Below, piece by piece: positions 27,286 through 35,717 of a DNA stretch of 59,369 nt (position 1 is its first letter; each line of letters begins with the position of its first letter). The translations under genes were made by a program, and so were the position numbers. The notes under the pieces were generated by a model. That model made no database searches and was not told the DNA's origin. It worked only from the letters and a program-made list of their open reading frames with translations. The DNA is from a virus (lineage: Duplodnaviria; Caudoviricetes), in the IMG/VR virus record IMGVR_UViG_3300038608_000027, positions 1 through 59,369 of that record; one strand, 5' to 3'.

Positions 27286-27945
27286 TCAGCAATTAGTTTC
27301 CAGTGGTTCTTCCGCCGGCTGCTGTTCTTTGTCAACTTTCTTTTCCGTGTTGGTGTACTCCTCCTTCACCCATTCAGGCAGCACTTTGTCAAGCTGCTTT
27401 CTGAATATCAGATACAAGTTCAACGGAATCCGGTTGCTGCTAAAGAAATAGATTGGGTTTATATAGAATTGCGTTTCCTTCTTCCCCTCAACTTCCACAT
27501 ACACCCGGGCCAATATTCCCAAGTAAATCATTTTCCGTATAAAAACGCCGGTCTGGTACGGTTTTAAATCGATTATCTTTCTAATCTGCTCCATACTATA
27601 AGGCTTAATGCTGCCGTTTCCACGGTAACCAAGCATGTTTGTATTCGCCCATATTTTCTTTGCCAGAATTGTTAATTTACCAATCTCGGCATGTGTCAAT
27701 TCTTTCGGGAATGGCACATCAAGGAATGACTTGGTAAATGATTTCCTCGCCCAAAAAAGATAGCCTTTTTCTTCGTGAAAAGCAGCCGCTATGTGTTGGA
27801 CTTTGCACGAATGAACCTGCCCGGTTGCATCATCAACAATGCGTGTTTCTTTTATCACTTCTTCAACCACCCCTTCAGTATTTATTAAGTTTATCAAGTT
27901 GGTTTTAGGGCTATATTTTAAGCCGGTTTTCGATGCAAAAACCAA
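27286..27945 (-). CDS. RepL-like winged-helix replication/maintenance protein
   Basis: HTH-like segment followed by QFYINPIYFF, resembling Firmicute RepL. Confidence 0.5.
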   Translation of the reverse strand: MVFASKTGLKYSPKTNLINLINTEGVVEEVIKETRIVDDATGQVHSCKVQHIAAAFHEEKGYLFWARKSFTKSFLDVPFPKELTHAEIGKLTILAKKIWANTNMLGYRGNGSIKPYSMEQIRKIIDLKPYQTGVFIRKMIYLGILARVYVEVEGKKETQFYINPIYFFSSNRIPLNLYLIFRKQLDKVLPEWVKEEYTNTEKKVDKEQQPAEEPLETNC

Positions 27946-28291
27946 CGTGTTATTCTAGCCTTAACCCTTAGGGATTCTAAGCCTCATGGCGATCTGGCTA
28001 TGTAAAGATACCATAGTATGTACTATCTATCTTTACATGATTAGCCCATCGTTTGAAAGAGAAGTTGATGATTTTCAGCGGCCCCATCCGCCGGTAACTG
28101 GCGACCTAGGGGTAGTTAGTTTAAGGAAAGGTACATGTATACACAGTATCTCTAACCCCCTTGGGATACCCGTTTTGTCCCCTCCCCCCCTCTTCACTAG
28201 GGAAAGGGGAAGGGTAGTAAGCGAAAGGAGGACACTTACTACCCTAGTCAGGAGGCAAGATCTATTTCACTCAATGCTATTGAGTGAAGCA

Positions 28292-28768
28292 TCAACAAGG
28301 CAGTGTTTCCGTGCTCTGCCTACGTTTTTCGTATTCGGAAAGCATAACATCTAGCTGCGTATCAGGAATACCGTCGTAGGAAGCAGTGAAACTCCCCTGA
28401 AGTTCCTGCACGTCTCTCCAACCGTAGTTTTTCAGCGCAAAAATAGCTCCGGCAGTGTTGAATCGGCTGGTGAGCATGATAGTTTCCGCGTAGTTCTCGC
28501 AGTAGGACTTCAGCTTTTTGATCGTCTGCGAGAACTGGTGATCAGGAGCATGGTCATCATAATCCCCTGTTTCGTATTCTATCAGTCGCTCTCTCCACAC
28601 GCCTAGGTGTATACACAGGCCCGTGATCAGTATCGGCTCACCCTTTTCCTGGCACATAGACACATACTCCATGCCCTTCCGGTACAGTTCTGCCGCCGAC
28701 GTGAACGTTCTAGGCCTGCCAGCCACCTTTTTTTCTTTTTCCGCCTTCGGCACGAAGTTTTTCGCCAT
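28292..28768 (-). CDS. terS: Terminase small subunit (P22 gp3-like)
   Basis: AGRPRTFTS, ITGLCIHLG, GAIFALKNYGWRD; likely start MAKNF. Confidence 0.85.
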   Translation of the reverse strand: MAKNFVPKAEKEKKVAGRPRTFTSAAELYRKGMEYVSMCQEKGEPILITGLCIHLGVWRERLIEYETGDYDDHAPDHQFSQTIKKLKSYCENYAETIMLTSRFNTAGAIFALKNYGWRDVQELQGSFTASYDGIPDTQLDVMLSEYEKRRQSTETLPC

Positions 28769-28863
28769 AACTACACCCCTCACATAATAATAATATAACA
28801 TACCTTCCTCCTACAGCCGCTTCCCTTTTGCGCCGCTTTTCACCCACAAACATAAGTTCGGAA

Positions 28864-28892
28864 TTGACAAGCAAGCGTGCATGTGCTATGCT
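28864..28892 (+). promoter_or_regulatory. SigmaA-type promoter for the plus-strand small-gene cluster
   Basis: TTGACA-17-TATGCT with an extended -10 TG. Confidence 0.75.
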
Positions 28893-28946
28893 TGAAAAAA
28901 CAGCCTCGCCGGCGGGCTAAAGCCGGCAGAAAGTGAGGAAGATAAA

Positions 28947-29168
28947 ATGAAGAACCGAGTATTTTTACGAAACCCTATAGTAGGCCAGGAAATTCTGGTC
29001 TTGGCAAAAGAAAAAACCTTTTCAAGACTGTACAAGAGGGCAAAAGTGGTTGAAATTATGGAGGAAAACGAGGACTATGTGAAAATAAGATATGAATGCA
29101 AAAACGGAGACGTCGAAACCTTCTCCGTTTCGAAAAGGGGGGATAAAAATTTTCTGGTAGCAGTTTGA
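28947..29168 (+). CDS. Hypothetical protein
   Basis: Follows the promoter and leader repeat 1. Confidence 0.7.
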   Translation: MKNRVFLRNPIVGQEILVLAKEKTFSRLYKRAKVVEIMEENEDYVKIRYECKNGDVETFSVSKRGDKNFLVAV

Positions 29169-29233
29169 AAACTCCGCCAGGAAAACAGCCTTGCCGGGGG
29201 CATTGTACCCGGCAGAAAAGGAGGAAAAAAAAA

Positions 29234-29545
29234 ATGAAGTTTCAAAGTCACACAAGAGAGGATTTGAGAGAGAATCTGGAAGAGAACCCGGTACTGAAAA
29301 TATGGGAACTGACTACTCCAACTGGGAGGGAGGATGATGTCCTCCTGGGCGAAAACAGAAAAGAAGTTATGTTTGACCTCTCCAACCATCACGGTTGGGG
29401 AGAGGTAGAGGAGGTGGACGGAGAGTATGTCTCAAAGTCCACCATAGACTTCACATACTGGAAAATGCAGCGAAACGGCTTGCCGGTCGGGTGGAAACTT
29501 CGGGAGGTAGAGCTGGAAGAAATTGCCCGTGAGATGGAAGACTAG
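29234..29545 (+). CDS. Hypothetical acidic protein (start MKFQSHT)
   Basis: AGGAGG RBS after leader repeat 2. Confidence 0.7.
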   Translation: MKFQSHTREDLRENLEENPVLKIWELTTPTGREDDVLLGENRKEVMFDLSNHHGWGEVEEVDGEYVSKSTIDFTYWKMQRNGLPVGWKLREVELEEIAREMED

Positions 29546-29608
29546 CCCGCCAGAAATTAGCCAGCCGGGGGCTTTGTACCCGGCAGAAAGGGAAGGAGGA
29601 GCGGATTA

Positions 29609-29752
29609 ATGCAAGTATCTTTATCAACTAGGATATCGCTCGATACCTATCGGGCACTTGTAAAACATTGCAAGAACTTTAAGTTGTCGCAAGCGAAGGT
29701 TGTCGAGCTTGCGTTAAAAGAATATCTTGAAAGAGAAAAAAGGGAAAAGTAA
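29609..29752 (+). CDS. Ribbon-helix-helix (CopG/Arc-like) regulator, 47 aa
   Basis: MQVSLSTRISLDTYRALVKHCKNFKLSQAKVVELALKEYLE; follows leader repeat 3. Not in the ORF track. Confidence 0.7.
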   Translation: MQVSLSTRISLDTYRALVKHCKNFKLSQAKVVELALKEYLEREKREK

Positions 29753-29786
29753 AGACTTAGGCATTCGAAGAAGGAGGTGAATTTAT

Positions 29787-29912
29787 ATGAGTAGCTTAGA
29801 AAAAATTATTCTAGTAGTATGCGCAGTGACTTTTTTAGACTGGTTTAAAACATGGCTTAAAACACGGCAGAACACGGCAAAACATGGCCAAACTGAAGAG
29901 ATAGACAAGTAG
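29787..29912 (+). CDS. Small peptide with hydrophobic N-terminus, 41 aa
   Basis: AAGGAGGTG RBS; MSSLEKIILVVCAVTFLDWFKTW... Confidence 0.5.
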   Translation: MSSLEKIILVVCAVTFLDWFKTWLKTRQNTAKHGQTEEIDK

Positions 29913-29973
29913 CATAGGCTAAGTACCATGTCATTAATTTAGAAGGGCTTAGAAAAGTAAGGAGGGAAATTTT

Positions 29974-30441
29974 ATGCACCGTCGTTGGATTTTGTTAATT
30001 ATTTTGTTGTTGCTTTTTTTAGTTTTTGTTTTTCGGTGGGAGGAGGGACCAAAAGAAATAAGAAAAGACTCTGATGGAAACGCCACAATAATTTACAAAT
30101 ATGACAGGTGGAGTGGTTGTAACTGGGCAAAAATTTATTTCCCTACCTCTACTGGAATAATAGTCAAAGAAGTAGTGGCAAATAATCCTTATTTTAATAA
30201 GGATCGTAGTAAGAAGCAACTTAGAATAAGAAACCGTCTTACCCTGGCGTGGGGAATAGTTTTCGTTACGGTTATGTTTTTGACCGTCAAAGGGTTTCTT
30301 AATATCTCAAAAGGTGAAAAAAAGAAAGGAGAAACGGCAATTCCCATACCGGATAAATCAGGCAGTCCCCCTACTCTAGTTTCCAAAAAAATTGGAAAGA
30401 TTAAATTAAAAAGATACCTGTTTCTTATAAAGCAACCTTAA
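29974..30441 (+). CDS. Membrane protein with two transmembrane segments (possible exclusion/immunity moron)
   Basis: WILLIILLLLFLVFVF and LTLAWGIVFVTVMFL; YKYDRWSG. Confidence 0.65.
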   Translation: MHRRWILLIILLLLFLVFVFRWEEGPKEIRKDSDGNATIIYKYDRWSGCNWAKIYFPTSTGIIVKEVVANNPYFNKDRSKKQLRIRNRLTLAWGIVFVTVMFLTVKGFLNISKGEKKKGETAIPIPDKSGSPPTLVSKKIGKIKLKRYLFLIKQP

Positions 30442-30458
30442 CAGCTAAAGGGAGGTGG

Positions 30459-30493
30459 AAAAAAGCCGCTGGACTACCGAACCGGCGGCTTTT
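30459..30493. terminator. Bidirectional intrinsic terminator between convergent units
   Basis: aaaaaagccgctgg...ccggcggctttt. Confidence 0.8.
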
Positions 30494-30497
30494 AATT

Positions 30498-31025
30498 TCA
30501 AATTTTCTCAGCCACCCGTATAAGGTAATCCTTTTCTATAGCATCTAATGAGATCATCCGGCATAGTTTTGCTTCCGCATTATACCGTATGTCATTGCTA
30601 TGACTAAGCCCATATTTGACCGTATCTGCTACTTGCTGAGTAGTGAGATTCTTAAAATAAAACAATTCCACTACATTTTTTTCTCTTGGCCTTAAACTGC
30701 TTATCGCATTATTTATCTTCTCTACCAGAGTTTCATAAACAACCGTCTCTTCTATGATATGCGTCTGCTCTTCACTAAATAAATCCTGTCCTAGTTTTCT
30801 GAAATTCAATGCGGCCCATACTGTTTTATCGGCGGTTATATTTGTTTGTACTGCACTCTTAGTAGTATCATAGGGCCGCAGTACTAAGCTTTCGATAGCC
30901 TCATTATCTATATCTTCTTTATGCAACAATAATAATCTTTGCATATCACATCTCGCATTTTTTGCCATAGCAACGAGAGTATGATAATTTTTAAGCAAAA
31001 ATATTAATTGAAAGTGTGTGATCAC
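30498..31025 (-). CDS. Sigma-70 region 4 / ArpU-like transcription activator
   Basis: AISSLRPREKNVVELFYFKNLTTQQVA; located at the end of the early/middle operon. Confidence 0.75.
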   Translation of the reverse strand: MITHFQLIFLLKNYHTLVAMAKNARCDMQRLLLLHKEDIDNEAIESLVLRPYDTTKSAVQTNITADKTVWAALNFRKLGQDLFSEEQTHIIEETVVYETLVEKINNAISSLRPREKNVVELFYFKNLTTQQVADTVKYGLSHSNDIRYNAEAKLCRMISLDAIEKDYLIRVAEKI

Positions 31026-31052
31026 AGTGACTGCTCCTTTCTTTTTAGGCGT

Positions 31053-31433
31053 CTAGTCTGTGTGATTCGGGCAGGAAATAACAGTGCCCAATTGAATAGT
31101 TTTGTACTCATCCTTTACTTCTGTATATTTTATCACCGCTCCCGGTACTTCTTTCTCCGGCCAGCAGCAGGCACCCCAGGGGACAGCCAAGGAACATGTC
31201 CAGCACAGGGAAGTGGAGGTTCTACGATCTATTTTTTTACGCTTGTAGATGCTTCCATCCTTTTGGTTTATTGGGATATTGTTCACTTCAGCTAGTCTAC
31301 CCACTGTATCCCTTGCCATTTTTAAGATTTTTGCTTTTTTTGATAAGCTTAGATCACTTCTAGATACTACTCCCACGAAGTTCTCAGGTAGTTTTTTTCT
31401 TGGCATTACCATCGGCTTCAACCTCCTTTTCAA
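31053..31433 (-). CDS. Hypothetical protein with a Cys cluster
   Basis: CWTC...CCW...SCP. Confidence 0.55.
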   Translation of the reverse strand: MKRRLKPMVMPRKKLPENFVGVVSRSDLSLSKKAKILKMARDTVGRLAEVNNIPINQKDGSIYKRKKIDRRTSTSLCWTCSLAVPWGACCWPEKEVPGAVIKYTEVKDEYKTIQLGTVISCPNHTD

Positions 31434-31525
31434 TTATAGCAAAGTGATCTGGTGAACTCTTTTCGAGACTGCTTTTTTTTCTTCTTGTTTTGGCTCAGGT
31501 TCTACGATCCGGTTTAAGTATTCAT

Positions 31526-32766
31526 AGCGATTGTCGTTGGAGACCCCCGGATTCATCCGGGGGAGGAAAACGACTTCCTCCTTTCTTTATTTGACAATTT
31601 GTTTTTAATATGATAATATATGAATATGAAATTAACACGCACTATTAAAATCAAACTAAATATTCCTGTTGACGAAATTAAACCAACGCTGGAAGCATAT
31701 ACCGACGCTTTTAACTATGTCTGTCAAACAGGTTGGCAAGATAAAGACCTTAATGGTGTTTCTTTGCACCATAAAACGTATCGAATTACGAGAGTTTACC
31801 TCCCTTCACAGCTTGCCGTTTCTGCCAGAATGAAGGCTACAGAAACGCTTAAATCTATTAAGAAGAAACAAAAAGCAACTTGTCCACGAAGCAAACTTTG
31901 CTCCATCAGGTACGACGCAAGAAGTTATAATATCTGGTTTAACAGAAACGAAATTTCCCTTTTGACTGTTAATGGCAGAAAGAAATTCTTGATAATTATT
32001 CCAGAGTATTTCAAACAATATCTTAATTGGAGACGTACTTCTGCCGATTTGTTCCTGAGAAGAAACGGCATATTTTTGCATATAATTTTTGAAAAAGAAA
32101 TTTCTGATATTAATCCTTCCGGCCAGATTATTGGTGTTGATAGAGGAATTAACAAAATAGCCGTAACCTCTAACAATCATTTTTTTAATGGTGGACAAAT
32201 TAAAAATGTTTCTAGGCGTTATGAGAAATTGAGAAGTGCTTTGCAATCTTGCGGTAGTAAGTCGGCTAAAAGACACCTTCGTGAAATTTCTAAGAAGGAG
32301 AACCGTTTCAGAGCCGATGTTAACCACCGCATTACAAAGCAAATAATTAATTCTCTTTCCCCAGGAACTACAATTATTCTTGAAGATTTGAAGTCTATTA
32401 GACAAACTTCCCGGCTTCGTAAAAAGCAACGTAAGCAACTGCATAAATGGAATTTCTTTCAGTTTCAACAATTTCTTACTTACAAAGCCGAAGCCAAAAG
32501 AATACGGGTAGAATATGTTGATAGCCGGTATACTTCGCAAAAGTGTTCCGTCTGTGGCTATACTTCCCGTTCTAATAGACAACATCAATCTGTCTTCAAG
32601 TGTAAACATTGTGGTTTCTCCCTTAATGCAGATTTAAACGCCTCTAGAAATATCCGTCAAAATTACCTGGACGCTATATGCCATCCGGGTAGGGCTGCCG
32701 TCAACCAGCCTATCGTATCAGCTTCGGCTAGTTACAAGCCTCCGACTTCAGTCGGGGGTAGTTGAC
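31526..32766 (+). mobile_element. Non-autonomous IS200/IS605-family (IS1341-like) element, tnpB only
   Basis: Left hairpin cccccggat-tc-atccggggg ~18 nt after TTCAT. Right hairpin ccgact-tc-agtcgg ending in TTGAC. No tnpA. The left boundary is inferred. Confidence 0.8.
31620..32765 (+). CDS. tnpB: RNA-guided endonuclease TnpB
   Basis: RuvC I IGVDRG, RuvC II ILEDL, Zn finger TSQKCSVCG...CKHCG, RuvC III NADLNASRNI. Confidence 0.95.
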   Translation: MNMKLTRTIKIKLNIPVDEIKPTLEAYTDAFNYVCQTGWQDKDLNGVSLHHKTYRITRVYLPSQLAVSARMKATETLKSIKKKQKATCPRSKLCSIRYDARSYNIWFNRNEISLLTVNGRKKFLIIIPEYFKQYLNWRRTSADLFLRRNGIFLHIIFEKEISDINPSGQIIGVDRGINKIAVTSNNHFFNGGQIKNVSRRYEKLRSALQSCGSKSAKRHLREISKKENRFRADVNHRITKQIINSLSPGTTIILEDLKSIRQTSRLRKKQRKQLHKWNFFQFQQFLTYKAEAKRIRVEYVDSRYTSQKCSVCGYTSRSNRQHQSVFKCKHCGFSLNADLNASRNIRQNYLDAICHPGRAAVNQPIVSASASYKPPTSVGGS

Positions 32767-33071
32767 CAACCTATATTGCCGTATTCTTTTTCCAATAGAT
32801 CTTTAATACCCCGCGCCAGAACATACATCCCGCCGTGACTCTCGATCTGCCGCTGAAATTCTTTTTGCGCATCGCTTTGACGGCCGCCGGGCCTTTTTAC
32901 CTCGATCCAGACATGCCGGCCGTCTTTGATCGCGTACAGATCGGCAATCCCTGGATGGCAGCCTAAAGTTTGAAAAATATTCACTACGTACCAGCCGTGC
33001 CAGCGCAAGAAGTCACGGATTACGGCCTTAACTTCAGATTCCCTGACTACCTGCACTTCTTTTTTTCGCAT
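32748..33071 (-). CDS. VRR-NUC domain nuclease (3' end abuts the IS right end)
   Basis: GIADL...WIEVKRPGGRQSDAQ. Confidence 0.9.
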   Translation of the reverse strand: MRKKEVQVVRESEVKAVIRDFLRWHGWYVVNIFQTLGCHPGIADLYAIKDGRHVWIEVKRPGGRQSDAQKEFQRQIESHGGMYVLARGIKDLLEKEYGNIGWSTTPD

Positions 33072-33219
33072 CCTTTTCTCCCTTCCATCCTGCCGACAGG
33101 CGGTACTTCCTCCTAATCTGCTCCGCCTGCTCCGGCGGCAGCGGCGGCCCGTACTTCTGGATTATTGCCAGCCGCTCTTCTTCGGAAAGCCAGTAGGTGA
33201 CTACATTATTTCTCGGCAT
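33034..33219 (-). CDS. Hypothetical protein
   Basis: VVTYWLSEEER...KYGPP; overlaps neighbouring genes. Confidence 0.6.
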   Translation of the reverse strand: MPRNNVVTYWLSEEERLAIIQKYGPPLPPEQAEQIRRKYRLSAGWKGEKDAKKRSAGSQGI

Positions 33220-33424
33220 TTATCACCCTCGCAATCCATTCAAACCAAATCTGCTTCTCGTAGCACTGCACCAGACACGGCCATATCTTCAATTTCTCTA
33301 CCAGGTACCCCTGCTTCGCCAGCTTCTCCCACACCATTTCCGCCGCCGTATCGGGATCGGGAGCTGTTATGCGGCTTTGGAGATATATATTATCCATCGT
33401 CATCAGCAGCCTCCTTTTTTCCAT
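33206..33424 (-). CDS. Hypothetical protein
   Basis: Tightly packed ORF in the operon. Confidence 0.55.
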   Translation of the reverse strand: MEKRRLLMTMDNIYLQSRITAPDPDTAAEMVWEKLAKQGYLVEKLKIWPCLVQCYEKQIWFEWIARVINAEK

Positions 33425-33612
33425 GTGAAATATCCGTGAACATTAAGTAAGGTATACACTCCAAACAAAACCATCTGCGCATAGTCTTTACGTCCTAGTG
33501 CCAAAGCAATCCAGAACAAATTCCCTGTACTCCAGACCACAAATCCTATGCGCTTCTGATAGTTGATTAAAATATTCCCGGTTAAAGATAAACCTACTGC
33601 GAACCAACTCAT
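33403..33612 (-). CDS. PnuC-like small membrane protein
   Basis: Three TM segments; GFVVWSTGNLFWI...NVHGYFTWK. Confidence 0.6.
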   Translation of the reverse strand: MSWFAVGLSLTGNILINYQKRIGFVVWSTGNLFWIALALGRKDYAQMVLFGVYTLLNVHGYFTWKKGGC

Positions 33613-34414
33613 TTTTCCTCCTTTTCTTTCTGCAGCCAGGCGACTAACTTATCTGTCTCCCTTTTAATTACAGATAAACTATTTATCATAATAGGCGGCA
33701 CTGTTGTCTCTAATATTTCATGCAAGCCTTCAATTAAATTATAATATGTGTTTATTCCGTATTGCCGTAAGACTTCCTCAATGGCTTTAGTTTTTCACGA
33801 TCCCTATCTGTATTTTTTAATTCTGTATTTGCTTTAAGTAGTTGTTCATTTAATTCGTAAATCTCTTTTGCCATTTTACTTTTTACCATATAGCCTAATT
33901 GTCTTTTATTTTCCTTGTCCACTAACCATGCTTCAATATAGTCTCTTGTGGTACTGAAAAAAGGATGTTTTTGTACTTTATCGCGTGAAATTATGAGATA
34001 ATAAAGCATTTCCCAGGATATTTCTATATCCCGAAACAATGCTTTTCTTTTGGTAAATATACAATCTTTTTCAGGATTGTAATAAATTAATCCTACATCT
34101 TCCGGTAGTTCTTCAAGTTTTACCAGATTCATAGGACATGCAAAGTAAAAACGATGGCAATATTGACGATAACCAGGCCATTTTTCATCTCTAAGAAAAT
34201 CTTGGCGACTAATTTTTACCTCGTATCCTGTAATACAAGGCTTCGTCCATGACTTTTTAAACGCTACGGCATCTAGACGTAAAAGATTATGGCTAGACCA
34301 TGTAGGTCCGTTTTTCACTTCGAGATAAAAGGCATCTTTATGTAAATGTCGCTTATTAATTTGCCTTAAAATCAAATCTGTGCGTGGTTGACAGTCCTTG
34401 GTTTTAGTCTCCAC
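33609..34414 (-). CDS. MmcB-like PD-(D/E)XK protein with an apparent -1 frameshift near 33787
   Basis: RLDAV...GYEVKISRQDF..DEKW..Y..YCHRFYF. The ORF stops at 33752, but the -1 frame continues KAIEEVLRQYG...EKEEK to a stop overlapping the next ATG. Confidence 0.65.
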
Positions 34415-34443
34415 TAATTGCCCTCCTTCTTTTCTGATGTTTC

Positions 34444-35154
34444 TTAAACGTCACAAATTAAACATGGTTCTTCTTCCGGTTCCGGCCACAAGTCAAGTTG
34501 CGCTTTATCTGCTCTCCGTAAATTTTCTAGCGTAAACCTTTGATTCCAGCCTACGGAATGCTTATGTGTCGCAAGATTTTGTTTTTCCCACTCAACCGCT
34601 ACTTCATATAAAGTCGGATGATGTTTTGAAAGATTTAGCCAATCGCTTTTCCTTTGAAAAAAGCAACAAAAACAGGAAACATTAGAACGCCATTCATACA
34701 CTGGACAAAGTAAATCATATTTGATACAAATCTTCTTTACATCTCTTTTAGCAAGACCTGCATCTGCGAGGGGATATGTGAAATTTAGCCCTCCTCTTGC
34801 TCCTTTTTTGTATCTTCTTGGCTCGTCTGCTCTTATCCCTATACAGACTTCATCAGCTTTCATTTGTACATGATATTTATCCATTGGTCTTTGTTTTAAT
34901 TCGCCTGTACACCACCTTATCCGGGGACCAGGTATCATATATCCGTAATGCACAAAATGCTGAAAAAAACTACCATTATTTACTACAGTAAGCTCTTTTC
35001 CTACTTTTTGCGCAAGTCTAGGAAGCAGCCAATACACTTCCGGCAGCTCAGCCCCCGTATCGCTAAACACCATTTCAAATTCCTCTCCCCGTTCCCAAAG
35101 AAGCAACGCCATAGCTGTACTGTCAGCCCCGCCTGAAACACATACATATTTCAT
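34444..35154 (-). CDS. PAPS reductase-family (PP-loop) protein
   Basis: VSGGADS, SDTGAELPE, RWCTGELK, GIRADE, SCFCCF. Confidence 0.88.
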   Translation of the reverse strand: MKYVCVSGGADSTAMALLLWERGEEFEMVFSDTGAELPEVYWLLPRLAQKVGKELTVVNNGSFFQHFVHYGYMIPGPRIRWCTGELKQRPMDKYHVQMKADEVCIGIRADEPRRYKKGARGGLNFTYPLADAGLAKRDVKKICIKYDLLCPVYEWRSNVSCFCCFFQRKSDWLNLSKHHPTLYEVAVEWEKQNLATHKHSVGWNQRFTLENLRRADKAQLDLWPEPEEEPCLICDV

Positions 35155-35330
35155 TTATTTATTCCCCTCCAGTTTTTAAAGTTTGTTGTTTAATTTAAAC
35201 TAGCCCTCCTTTCGTTTTTAAGCCACTTTTAATTAGCAGTTAGTACTTTCGTACCGGGGCGGTGCTTAAGTCTTCGTTTTGGCCGTGTTTTGTGCGTGTT
35301 TTAGGCCTTTGACTTCCGGTGATCTTTCTT

Positions 35331-35717
35331 TTATTCTATTTCTTTATGGGGAGTGTTCACTGCCGGCCTCTTCATTTGTAAAAATCGCAGTAACTGTTCA
35401 CTGTTAATTTTATTGCCGTCCAAAAACATTCCACCATCATTAGGATTTGTGTTTTCAAATACCAATACGTGGAAACCAAAAAATTTAGGATGGAATTTAC
35501 CACACCAAGACAATATTTCAAATATCTTTTTTTGATAAAATTTAGGTTGCTGTCCATATCGTTTTTCCTCAATAAACATCCATTGACCTGTCTTATGATT
35601 TTGCCAAACATAATCAACGTTTGTAGTAATATAGCCATGACTGCTATCAATTTCCTTTTGTTCTCGTAGCCACAAACCGAATTCTGTTGAATGAGTATCT
35701 CTACGCTTTTGTGTCAT
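35331..35717 (-). CDS. Hypothetical protein, possible PD-(D/E)XK fold
   Basis: NVDY...FIEEK...YQ. Confidence 0.55.
   Translation of the reverse strand: MTQKRRDTHSTEFGLWLREQKEIDSSHGYITTNVDYVWQNHKTGQWMFIEEKRYGQQPKFYQKKIFEILSWCGKFHPKFFGFHVLVFENTNPNDGGMFLDGNKINSEQLLRFLQMKRPAVNTPHKEIE

Larger units (their letters stand above)
28897..29600 (+). repeat. Three copies of a pseudoknot-like leader directly before RBSs (about 28897-28940, 29174-29225, 29546-29600)
   Basis: Consensus agcc-N1-2-gccgg-(c/g)ggc-N4-7-ccggcagaaa-RBS. Confidence 0.75.

Noticed and set aside
27238-27310. Functional tRNA gene
   Set aside because: No D-arm or 5' acceptor strand, and the T-stem has a mismatch; kept only as a low-interest remnant.
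27986-28354. 122-aa plus-strand ORF
   Set aside because: No clear RBS, overlaps terS antisense, and has an atypical composition.
28897-29600. Leader repeats as a CRISPR array or HDV-like ribozymes
   Set aside because: They are separated by whole genes, and I could not fit the nested double-pseudoknot of HDV-like ribozymes.
31806-32609. 267-aa minus-strand ORF
   Set aside because: Antisense shadow of tnpB with no recognisable motifs.
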